IMG/VR virus record: IMGVR_UViG_3300038443_001768
Direction: 5' to 3' (one strand)
From: a virus
Length of the DNA: 64,000 nucleotides
Every line of letters begins with the position of its first letter. Position 1 is the first letter of the stretch. The translations under genes were made by a program, and so were the position numbers. Shown one piece after another: positions 1 to 8,195 of the stretch. The notes under the pieces were generated by a model. It was given only the letters and a program-made list of their open reading frames with translations, made no database searches and was not told the origin of the DNA.

Positions 1-419
1 CCCCGCGACTGAACAGTCATCTCAAATCGAGACTTGTTGCCCGTGGCGTCGGTTGTGTACCTGGTCATGACGACGTCGAAGTACCAAACGCCAGCATCAC
101 CGGTGATGCGCGCCGAGGCTAGCGCACGCCGCAGGCGCTCAGCCTTGTTGGCGATGATCCGTGGATCGACCTGTTGCTGTGGGTCGATGTCGGCCTTATA
201 GGGGTCGAAGAACTGGATCGTACATTGGCCAACAAGCTCGATTCCGCGCGTCTCCTCAACCTCTGGGTAGATACCCACGTAGGTACGCCCGTCGGTGCCG
301 AGCGAGGCATGCAGACGATCATGACGGATGATCAAGTACTGGATGTCGCTGAATTCGGTTTGAATGACCACCTCAAGCGCGTTGGCGAGAAGCGTGTACG
401 GGTCAGTCACTACAGTCAT
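1..419 (-). CDS. Putative tail terminator/completion protein (partial, runs off window)
   Basis: Open frame MTVVTDPYTLLANALEVVIQTEF... starting at an ATGA overlap with the upstream neck gene; position directly after the HK97 gp10-like gene. Confidence 0.55.
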   Translation of the reverse strand, partial: MTVVTDPYTLLANALEVVIQTEFSDIQYLIIRHDRLHASLGTDGRTYVGIYPEVEETRGIELVGQCTIQFFDPYKADIDPQQQVDPRIIANKAERLRRALASARITGDAGVWYFDVVMTRYTTDATGNKSRFEMTVQSR

Positions 420-922
420 CCTGGAAACTCTTCCTTAGCGATTTGCATCATTCTGTGTCGCGCTACTTGGTCGTACGAGGGGCGAAGGAACGGCTGCGCA
501 CGCGTGCCTGGGTGGAATACCCAAGCGCCGCTCTCGTCCCAGTTCTCATACAGTCGACCGCTACCTACGGGACCGAAATGCGGATTGTTCCAGACGAACT
601 CGCCGCCCTTCCAGAAGAAGTGCAATCGTCCCTTGATGATGTGCGGGCTGGTTCCGAGTTCAACATATAGCGCATGTTGAGAGATAGAGTACCAGTAACC
701 GCGAGTTCCCTCAGACGTGCTGCGCATTGAACGCCTCAGCGGAATGTCCCCCTTCTTGCGACCGCTGGCCTTACCGACGGGTGCCAAGGCGCGCGCTGCC
801 TCCTCGCCCTCCTTGACAGTCCTCGCCACGGTGGCGACGGCGGCCTCGTCACAGCGCGCGGCGAATCGACCAAAGTTGTCGCGCGCCATAACGACGCGGG
901 ACTTGGCCTTGATCTCAGCCAC
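416..922 (-). CDS. HK97 gp10-like neck/tail-completion protein
   Basis: Motifs LAPV..LRRS, HALYVELGT, HPGTRAQPFLRPS typical of the family. Confidence 0.8.
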   Translation of the reverse strand: MAEIKAKSRVVMARDNFGRFAARCDEAAVATVARTVKEGEEAARALAPVGKASGRKKGDIPLRRSMRSTSEGTRGYWYSISQHALYVELGTSPHIIKGRLHFFWKGGEFVWNNPHFGPVGSGRLYENWDESGAWVFHPGTRAQPFLRPSYDQVARHRMMQIAKEEFPG

Positions 923-1581
923 TACAATCGAGGGACGATGTAGTTCTGAAGAATGGCCTGCGCGCGCAAAGGAATTGCCTCTTCAATGTCGGCGGCGGCC
1001 CTGGTTCGGGAATAGTTCTCGATTGATTCCTGTGTGTACGGACGGGTTGTCTCAGCCAATGCGTCGGCGATGATGATTGTGGCGCGCTTTACATCGTCGG
1101 GGATCTCAGGCCAGCCCCACGTTGCGGTGACGTTGACGATGTTAGGCTTCTGTGGCAACTTCCAGTACAAGGTGTCCAGGTTGTACGTGAAGCCCATCTC
1201 CGGAGAACCCACCCCGTAGGCGTTTGGTGCAAGCTGAAGCCAGCGCTTGACAGGGCTGTTGAGTGGATACGCAGACCACTCATTCACACTGAGCGTGGTC
1301 GCTGTGATCGTGTCGCCTGTCCAGCCGGACTGAACCGAAACATCCATCACGGTCTGACATTCGTCGATGTCAAGGAAGCCGCTCCCGTCGTATTCGTACT
1401 GACGCACGTCTGAGAACGGCACCTCCTCGCTGACATTGAACTCTAGACCAGTAAAATTCCTCACCATCGATGACGCAGACGCCACAGCAAGCGTGAACTT
1501 GTCATCGTCCGGAGTCTCCACAGTCGGCGGCAGACCAAGGGCCATCTTGAAGGTGGCGAGATCAATCAGCGGCGTAGCCAT
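922..1581 (-). CDS. Head-tail adaptor protein
   Basis: Position after capsid gene; VTATWGWPEIPDDVKRATII, QESIENYS and ILQNY motifs of gp6/gp15-like adaptors. Confidence 0.75.
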   Translation of the reverse strand: MATPLIDLATFKMALGLPPTVETPDDDKFTLAVASASSMVRNFTGLEFNVSEEVPFSDVRQYEYDGSGFLDIDECQTVMDVSVQSGWTGDTITATTLSVNEWSAYPLNSPVKRWLQLAPNAYGVGSPEMGFTYNLDTLYWKLPQKPNIVNVTATWGWPEIPDDVKRATIIIADALAETTRPYTQESIENYSRTRAAADIEEAIPLRAQAILQNYIVPRL

Positions 1582-1610
1582 ACTCTAAGGGTACTCGCGG
1601 CCTAGACACG

Positions 1611-1635
1611 AAAAGGGCCGCTCGGAAGCGGCCCT
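1611..1635 (-). terminator. Rho-independent terminator
   Basis: AGGGCCGCT/AGCGGCCCT hairpin followed by TTT on the minus strand. Confidence 0.7.
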
Positions 1636-1660
1636 CATGAGTTTCGATTCGCTCCGTGAC

Positions 1661-1999
1661 CTAGGAGAGGTCCGGAACGTGCTCCTCGCCGGAGTCCGAG
1701 CCGACAGCGCGGACGTGCTCGGAATCACTGCCCTCGCCGGCCTCCGAGGAAACCGGGAGCGGAGCGGCCGTCGTGCCAAACTTGGCCTCGACGACTCCGG
1801 TGGCGAGCGCCTCGCCCAGCGGGACTGTGATGCGGTCGCGCTTGGCGTCGGCGTCCTCAGGGATCTGAACTGCCAGCGACGAGTTCGGATCGAGGATCAC
1901 CTCATCGGCACGGAACACGGTCTCGTGGACGTGGAGGTCTCCTCCGCCCTGAGCCTCGCGAACCTCGCGGACTACTGTGTATCGGTCTTCAGTTGCCAT
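1661..1999 (-). CDS. Acidic hypothetical protein downstream of major capsid
   Basis: 112 aa ORF with AGGAG RBS, co-oriented with the capsid gene. Confidence 0.7.
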   Translation of the reverse strand: MATEDRYTVVREVREAQGGGDLHVHETVFRADEVILDPNSSLAVQIPEDADAKRDRITVPLGEALATGVVEAKFGTTAAPLPVSSEAGEGSDSEHVRAVGSDSGEEHVPDLS

Positions 2000-2017
2000 T
2001 GTTGATACTCCTTAGGC

Positions 2018-3328
2018 TTAGCCGTTGGCGAGTCCGACGCCGCCGATGACGTTGAAGGCCACCGGTGCGCGCGCGGCGGTGAAGCCGACTCGCTGCTCAG
2101 CGCGGAAGATCGTCTGGTTGCTGGTGAACAGGACGTGCGGCGACTCGTCGACCGTGATGCCCTGGCGGTCGAGGATCAGAGCCTCGGAGAAGTCTCCGAC
2201 GATGACGCGCGACTCGTTGGTTCCCGTACCGAGGTTGGTCGGGATGCGGTTGCTGGTGACGACCTTGAAGCCGAAGAGCGACTTGTTGGCTGCGCGACCC
2301 TGCTGGACCGAGTCCGGCCCAACCAAGTACAGACCCTGGGCATCCTTAGCCTTCAGGATGCGCGTCCAGGTGCGCGGGTGCATGACGATGGCGGTCGGCT
2401 CACCGTGGTTGTCCTGGACGTTAGCGATAGCGTCGAGGATCGAGTCAAGGAGGCCGCCGTCGTCGGTGACGGTGATGTTGGTCAGCGTGGTAGCGCCGAG
2501 ACCAGGCGTGTTGAGCAGGCCGAGCGGCTGGCCGGTGCCGGAACCGTTGAGGAACGCTGTCTCCTCAAGGGCGACAAGGCGCTTCGCAAGGTCAGAGGTG
2601 ACGAGGCGGTCGACGGCTGGGTTCGAGTCAGCAAGTAGCTGGTTCGAGATCGTGGCCAGGCCGGCTGCGGTGAAGACCGAGGCCGAGACCGTGGTCTTCG
2701 CCATGCTGGTCGACTCAGGCTTGGTCGCAAGCTCGGCGACCCATCCAGCCGACGTACCGAGCGTTAGCTGGTCAAGCTGTAGCTCGTTCGTGGTGATGTT
2801 GAGCTTCGAGCAAAGCGCGCGAAGAACGTTGTCGGACTCGCGGACCTCGACGATCTGACGCTCGATCTGCTTCTCGACGAGGTAGCCGCCCTGGTTGGCA
2901 GTTCCCTCAGTCATGGCCTTGCCGCCGGTGGCGTTCATGAGGCGCTCGCGCGCCGAACCGTCACCCTTGGAGGCTAGTCGAATGTCGTTGAAGAACGAGT
3001 ACTCGCCCGAGTCGTACGGGGTCTCGTCGTCGGTGACGGCCTTACCGTCAACGCGGCCAATGGCGAACGGGCCGATCGGCTTCTTGAGATCCTCGATGAC
3101 CTCGTCGAGCGTAGTGACCTTAGCGCGTAGCGCCTTGACCTCTTCCTCACGCTCGCGATCTGCGCGCTCAGACTTCAAGCGCTCGATCTCCGGTGTGATC
3201 TCGTTCTGAACCTGCTCGATGAAGGACTTGACGTCCTCTGCTGGTGCGCCGCTCTCAGCCTTTGAGAGAAGCTCGCTTGCACGGCTCTCTAGGGCCTCAA
3301 TCTTGGCAACGATTTCCTGAAGTTCCAT
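2018..3328 (-). CDS. Major capsid protein, HK97 fold
   Basis: N-terminal coiled-coil delta domain, GGYLV, AGWVAE, FLNGSGTGQPLGL, GDFS, FRAEQRVG motifs. Confidence 0.95.
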   Translation of the reverse strand: MELQEIVAKIEALESRASELLSKAESGAPAEDVKSFIEQVQNEITPEIERLKSERADREREEEVKALRAKVTTLDEVIEDLKKPIGPFAIGRVDGKAVTDDETPYDSGEYSFFNDIRLASKGDGSARERLMNATGGKAMTEGTANQGGYLVEKQIERQIVEVRESDNVLRALCSKLNITTNELQLDQLTLGTSAGWVAELATKPESTSMAKTTVSASVFTAAGLATISNQLLADSNPAVDRLVTSDLAKRLVALEETAFLNGSGTGQPLGLLNTPGLGATTLTNITVTDDGGLLDSILDAIANVQDNHGEPTAIVMHPRTWTRILKAKDAQGLYLVGPDSVQQGRAANKSLFGFKVVTSNRIPTNLGTGTNESRVIVGDFSEALILDRQGITVDESPHVLFTSNQTIFRAEQRVGFTAARAPVAFNVIGGVGLANG

Positions 3329-3428
3329 AACTAGTGAGTAATCCTAGCTCCGTGCCTGCCACTTTGTGACGTGCGTTGGTTGATTCGACTCAACAAAAAC
3401 TACACACATCAGTGACAGCGGCGGGCCA

Positions 3429-4388
3429 CTAGTAGACATGGACACCGTCAGCGCCGCCCTCAGTGTTGTCGTGGACTTCCTTGAGACCGACGTGCTCGAT
3501 AACCTGACCAAGCTTCCCGACGAGCGCATCGACGCGCGCAGCTACCTCTTCAGGAGACATACCGACGGTCTCCTTGAGTTCGCTGAATCGTGATCGAAGC
3601 TCATCAGAGAGGTGTTCAGTATTGATGGAGCCGTTGGCGATGTGCTCGGCGGTGATAGAGCCCGGCTCTACCGCCGATACGGCTGGCTCATCGACCTCAG
3701 GCTCGTCGACCTCTGGCTCGTCTGGTGTTTCCTCAGGTACCGGTGTTTCCGTCTCCGGAATTTCCTCGACCTCTGGCTCGACGACTGAGTCATCGACGAC
3801 CTCGACGGCCGGCGCTTCATCGTCCTCGGACTTGCCCTCAAGTACTGGCGCTGACTCGAACGCCTTACCGGCAACGACCGCAAATGTCGTGCGAGGATTG
3901 ACCGGGAACGGTGTGACGCTGATCTCGCCGAGGTCAACGTCGTAGATTCGCGGACCGGACTTCGTCATGCGGCGCTTGAAGATGCCGCCAACGGAGAACG
4001 CCTTGATGGTTCCGCGCTTGATCTTGTTGAAGATGTCTTCGGCCCACGAGCCAGCGGCTGGACGGTCAACGCGGCCTCGTACCCATAGTCCGTGCTCGTC
4101 AACCTTGGCGTCGGTGAATACACCAAGCGCCTTGTCGTACTGGTGGTGGTACAGCATGATCGGGTTCACCGATAGGAAGCTCTTCAGGCCGCGCTCGAAC
4201 GCGCCAGGCTCGAAGGCCTCTTCCTGTCGATCCACACCCCAATCGCTGGCGTAGCCCTCCACCCAGATGTCACCGTTCTCATCCTCTGTGACCTCATATG
4301 CCTTCTGGTCAAGGAAGAAGTCGTAGCGGAACTCCGCCTGCTGCGTTCCGTCTGGCTGAGTGGTGACTGCCTTAGTGCCGAATGACAT
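3429..4388 (-). CDS. HK97-family prohead protease with acidic C-terminal extension
   Basis: VEGYAS..VDRQEE, MLYHH, AFSVGG, EISVTPFPVNP motifs; upstream of capsid gene. Confidence 0.92.
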   Translation of the reverse strand: MSFGTKAVTTQPDGTQQAEFRYDFFLDQKAYEVTEDENGDIWVEGYASDWGVDRQEEAFEPGAFERGLKSFLSVNPIMLYHHQYDKALGVFTDAKVDEHGLWVRGRVDRPAAGSWAEDIFNKIKRGTIKAFSVGGIFKRRMTKSGPRIYDVDLGEISVTPFPVNPRTTFAVVAGKAFESAPVLEGKSEDDEAPAVEVVDDSVVEPEVEEIPETETPVPEETPDEPEVDEPEVDEPAVSAVEPGSITAEHIANGSINTEHLSDELRSRFSELKETVGMSPEEVAARVDALVGKLGQVIEHVGLKEVHDNTEGGADGVHVY

Positions 4389-4420
4389 AGAGAAAATCGT
4401 ACGTATTGGCTCGCCACAAA

Positions 4421-4451
4421 CACGAAAGGCCAGGTCAATGACCTGGCCTTG
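4421..4451. terminator. Hairpin terminator
   Basis: AAGGCCAGGTCA/TGACCTGGCCTT inverted repeat. Confidence 0.6.
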
Positions 4452-4472
4452 AAAGTGTTCAGCGTTGGTGGT

Positions 4473-4679
4473 CTACTTGTAGTCGGCTACGGTGTCGGCG
4501 TAGACGCGCTTACCGGTCGAGCGGCCGGCGGTGCCGGTCTTGCCTGCGACGCGGTAGTTGGGTGCCTTCTGGTCGGCCAGGTTGGTGAAGGTCTTCGCTG
4601 GCTTCGCAGAGTTGTTGCCCTGGGCCGGGCGAGCGACTGAGCGAGCGCGATTAGCGGTGGGCATAGTCTTTCGAGCCAT
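4473..4679 (-). CDS. Small basic protein (68 aa)
   Basis: MARKTMPTANRARS...; TACTAT -10 box 7 nt before ATG; flanked by terminators. Confidence 0.65.
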   Translation of the reverse strand: MARKTMPTANRARSVARPAQGNNSAKPAKTFTNLADQKAPNYRVAGKTGTAGRSTGKRVYADTVADYK

Positions 4680-4700
4680 GCCAGATATAGTAGACCCCAC

Positions 4701-4730
4701 AACGACAAGGACCGCCCGGAGGCGGCCCTT
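4701..4730 (-). terminator. Terminator after nrdJ
   Basis: AAGG-CCGC hairpin followed by TTGTCGTT on minus strand. Confidence 0.6.
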
Positions 4731-4769
4731 GCGTGACTTCAACGAACCTCGAACCACACTAGAAGTGTA

Positions 4770-6689
4770 TCAGATTTCGCACGAACCAGCCATACAGGCA
4801 AGCTCCTGTGAGCCCTCTGTCATGTCGTCGCTCTCGTAGATCTCCAACAACGACCAATCAACAGCCTTGGGCATTTCCGCGAGCAGTGCCTCGTACTCAG
4901 GCTTCGAGACCTCCTCGTATGGTGCCTGGTCGTAGGTGTGCTCCGAGTACGGCAGGAACGACAGTCCGACAACGATGTCGAAGTTCTCATACACCCAGTC
5001 ACCGACTACGTCCCATTCGTCGTTGCGTACGTTGACCGTTACGGACGGGTTGTGGTCGCACCAATGCTCGGCGAAGACTTTCCAGTGTTCGAGCACATCG
5101 ATTGCTGAGAGATCAGACCTAGTAACGGCCGTCTCCGGTGCCTGCTTTGGGTACGAGAACACCCAGGTCTTATCGGGATTCATCACATCATCCTCACACG
5201 GCACGCCAGCCATGTAGAGAACATTGGCTACCGGGTCGTGCTTGTTGCCTCGATTGCGGCGGATGTAGTATCGACCGTGCGCGGCATGCATTCCGTTTCC
5301 GTGCCCACCAACGAGTTCCGTTGAGTTCCCGGCCGGCTTCATGCACGTCCTGGCCAGCGACGCATTGATGCCAATGATCTCAGCGTACTTGGAGTTCGTA
5401 ACCCTGACTACGTGGTTTAGTTGATCAAGGATGCGGGCCATCTCATCCTTATCAGCCTTAGCGTTCAGCAAGGGCGAGTCCTGGACGCCGGTCATGCCGA
5501 CACCGAGAAGGCGCTCTTCCTCAGAGTTCCTCTTCCAATCATCGCTGATGTAGCGGAAGTGTGTGAACGACGATTGGATTGTTCCGATCATCGTGGCAAC
5601 TCGAACCTTTCTGGTGAGCGAAATCAAGTCATCCTCTGGTCGAACCGTGATCTGCGAGAGGTTGCAGAACTGTCGATCACGAAGGATGATCTCGCCGCAG
5701 GGGTTGAGTCCGAACTTGTAGAACGAGCGGCCCAACTTGGTGGCCTTCGCGGCGGCGGCTGCGCGGTTGAAGAACCCGCGCTCGCCGCTGCCTGAGGCGC
5801 GCAGCGCTGCCCACTCAGCGTTGAAGACTTCTCGCGACGGTCGACCATCCCACGCCGCTGAGTTGTTAGCGAGCGCAAAGTGCTTGCGGTGGTCGTCGTT
5901 GTACCATTCGCCGGACTTGGCGTCGCGCATCATGAGGTCGTCGGGAGACGACAATGAAATCAGCGCAGAACGACGAACGCCGCCCACAACTACGACCTCG
6001 CCCACCATACACATGATGGAGTGCGCCTCGATCGGCGTCAGACGACGACCAGCGGCGTGCTCGAACACACCAATCGTGTGCAAGAACAGCCGCACCAACG
6101 GATCAGGCCCAGAGGCACGCCCGCCAAAGGTCTTGAGCTTCGCGCCGGCCTCACGCACACGCGAGACGTCAAACTCAGGGATGCGCCCCTCGTAGAGAGC
6201 GGAAATCAGGGCACGGAACGCGTATGCCCAGCCGTCCTTGGAATCCTCAACAACAATGACATCATCGACGCGTACCAAGACCGCCGGAATCTCAGGAAGC
6301 TGCTCGACCTCGTCAGGCTCGACAGAAAAACCAACTCCGGTTCCGCACATCAAGATGTGCATGGCCTCGTCAAAGGCCTCCGGGCGATTTACAGCAATAT
6401 ATGAACAGTTGTAGGCGGCTGTAGCGTCGCGCTCCAACGCTGGCCCAGCGGTCATCAATGCGCGCATCGATGGTAGGACGTCGCGCGAAAGGATAGACGA
6501 CCTGATCAGACCGTAGTCCTCTTCAGAGAGCGGTCTGTGGCGTCGCTCAAGATGACTACGAACGTAATCAACAAAACGGTCAACGGTCTCTTCCCACGTC
6601 TCGCGGCGGGCTAGATCATCGCGCCAACGAGCGTACTTGGACTGGTGGATCTGCTGCTCATAAAGCGTCGGCAGCGCGTGCGACAACAT
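4770..6689 (-). CDS. nrdJ: Class II (adenosylcobalamin-dependent) ribonucleotide reductase
   Basis: YNCSY, GTGVGFSV, VVVGGVRRSALISLS, NPCGEI catalytic loop, C-terminal CMAGSCEI redox pair. Confidence 0.95.
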   Translation of the reverse strand: MLSHALPTLYEQQIHQSKYARWRDDLARRETWEETVDRFVDYVRSHLERRHRPLSEEDYGLIRSSILSRDVLPSMRALMTAGPALERDATAAYNCSYIAVNRPEAFDEAMHILMCGTGVGFSVEPDEVEQLPEIPAVLVRVDDVIVVEDSKDGWAYAFRALISALYEGRIPEFDVSRVREAGAKLKTFGGRASGPDPLVRLFLHTIGVFEHAAGRRLTPIEAHSIMCMVGEVVVVGGVRRSALISLSSPDDLMMRDAKSGEWYNDDHRKHFALANNSAAWDGRPSREVFNAEWAALRASGSGERGFFNRAAAAAKATKLGRSFYKFGLNPCGEIILRDRQFCNLSQITVRPEDDLISLTRKVRVATMIGTIQSSFTHFRYISDDWKRNSEEERLLGVGMTGVQDSPLLNAKADKDEMARILDQLNHVVRVTNSKYAEIIGINASLARTCMKPAGNSTELVGGHGNGMHAAHGRYYIRRNRGNKHDPVANVLYMAGVPCEDDVMNPDKTWVFSYPKQAPETAVTRSDLSAIDVLEHWKVFAEHWCDHNPSVTVNVRNDEWDVVGDWVYENFDIVVGLSFLPYSEHTYDQAPYEEVSKPEYEALLAEMPKAVDWSLLEIYESDDMTEGSQELACMAGSCEI

Positions 6690-6928
6690 GTACTCCTAGT
6701 GCTGAAAGTTATTATCTCGGTCCCGGCGGGGCGTCCGCCGGAGAGGTGCGATCGACGTAGTCGCCGTCTTCCTCAGGACCGAGAAAAGTATCAACCGCCA
6801 TGCCTACGAAGCACGCAGGTAGTCCTAGTGTTCGTACCACCTTATAGGTGGTTATCAACCCAATACCCGCGGCCAGTTTGAGGCCGCTGATCGCTAGGGT
6901 TGCTTGGACTGACGGGTGTAGGAGACGC

Positions 6929-7177
6929 CTAGCCGGCGTCGGAGAGAAGGCGGTCCGGTGAATGCGCGGCGTCCCACTTCTCATAGTACTTCTCAAAATC
7001 GAGATGCGCCTTCTGGGAGCGCGCTTCGGAAATCTCCATCGGTGTCACGTTCTTACATAGTGAGGTGCGCTCACCACAAGATGGACACAACTTGTAGACA
7101 TCCAAAACCGGCCAGTTGAGGGCGCAGATGGAACATCTACGCGCTCGCTCGATCTCGTCGTGACGGTCAGCGATCAC
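6929..7177 (-). CDS. Small Zn-ribbon protein
   Basis: CSIC...CPSC motifs; coupled to neighbouring gene. Confidence 0.6.
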   Translation of the reverse strand: MIADRHDEIERARRCSICALNWPVLDVYKLCPSCGERTSLCKNVTPMEISEARSQKAHLDFEKYYEKWDAAHSPDRLLSDAG

Positions 7178-7331
7178 TCTTCCTCATTCTCCGCGATACC
7201 GTAGAGAAGAGCAAAGCTGATCGCCTCGTTGAGTAGCGCGAGCGCCGCCACCGGAACGCCAGCCCACGGCGACACCGAAAACACCAGCAGCGTCGCCAGG
7301 ACCAGCAAGGTCGTCGACAGCGGGGCCGGCA

Positions 7332-7679
7332 TCACGCGGCCTCGTCGAACGCCGACTTGAATCGCGGCCACAGCATACCTAGATCACAAACCAGGCAAAC
7401 GCGCGCAAAGCCCGCGCCGCGCTCAAGCATGCTCTTACGCTTCTTGGATGTCTCGGCGACAGGATCGTACGTCACCACCGCCATAGTCTCGTTACCGCAG
7501 CCGCAGGTGTGGGCCTCGTCGAAGCCCTTGCCGCGCGGCTTCGGAAACCGAACCAGTTGGCCCTCGCAGCGATCCGGCAGGATCGCGCCGCCTTGATGCT
7601 CGACCTCCTCAACGAGGACATTGAGGTCATCTAGTGTGAACTCAGGTCCGTTAGCACCAATATTGGGCTCTTCACTCAT
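7332..7679 (-). CDS. Hypothetical Cys-containing protein
   Basis: 115 aa ORF overlapping upstream stop; CGCG and CLVC motifs. Confidence 0.6.
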   Translation of the reverse strand: MSEEPNIGANGPEFTLDDLNVLVEEVEHQGGAILPDRCEGQLVRFPKPRGKGFDEAHTCGCGNETMAVVTYDPVAETSKKRKSMLERGAGFARVCLVCDLGMLWPRFKSAFDEAA

Positions 7680-7956
7680 CGCTTTCCTCGTTTTCGATCT
7701 CTACGTGCTCTCCGCAATGCGGGCAGTCGAATTCGAGCGAACCCAGATCCAACATGAAGTCCAATTCAGGCTCGGGCCAGTCGCGTGCTACGACTTCTCG
7801 CAAGCGGTCCTTGACAACCGTGAGATAGCCGATAGCATTCTCAGGAGACATACCATCGTAGGAGAATTGCGGCGCGGTCCCGTTCTCGTTGAGCACGACC
7901 TCGATGGTGATCGTGCCCACGACGGGAAGGTCTTGCTGCTCTTGCGTCTGCTGCAT
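7672..7956 (-). CDS. Hypothetical protein with CPHC motif
   Basis: 94 aa ORF in operon context. Confidence 0.6.
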   Translation of the reverse strand: MQQTQEQQDLPVVGTITIEVVLNENGTAPQFSYDGMSPENAIGYLTVVKDRLREVVARDWPEPELDFMLDLGSLEFDCPHCGEHVEIENEESDE

Positions 7957-7990
7957 GGGGTGTTAGAAGTCTAGCACCCCGGCGCTTTCG

Positions 7991-8188
7991 CTACCTGCGG
8001 CGGCGGCGTCGCTTTCTGCGCGACGGCGTCGTCTTCGGCGTGTTGCGCGGCTTGCCGCGCTGGTAGGAGTCGACGACCACGCGCGTCTTGCCGCGATCCG
8101 GGCCGCGCGGCGAGCGGGTGTGCGACTTCACGGCTACGCCGGTGCGCGATCCTGGCTTGCGCTTTCTCTTCTTTCGGCCTCGGGTCAT
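7991..8188 (-). CDS. Very basic Arg/Lys-rich small protein
   Basis: MTRGRKKRKRK...RRKRRRRR directly downstream of portal gene. Confidence 0.6.
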   Translation of the reverse strand: MTRGRKKRKRKPGSRTGVAVKSHTRSPRGPDRGKTRVVVDSYQRGKPRNTPKTTPSRRKRRRRRR

Positions 8189-8195
8189 GGTCGAC

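Noticed and set aside
2025-2858. Long antisense ORFs opposite major genes (also 54625-55488 and 56427-57077)
   Set aside because: Typical high-GC shadow frames of real genes on the other strand
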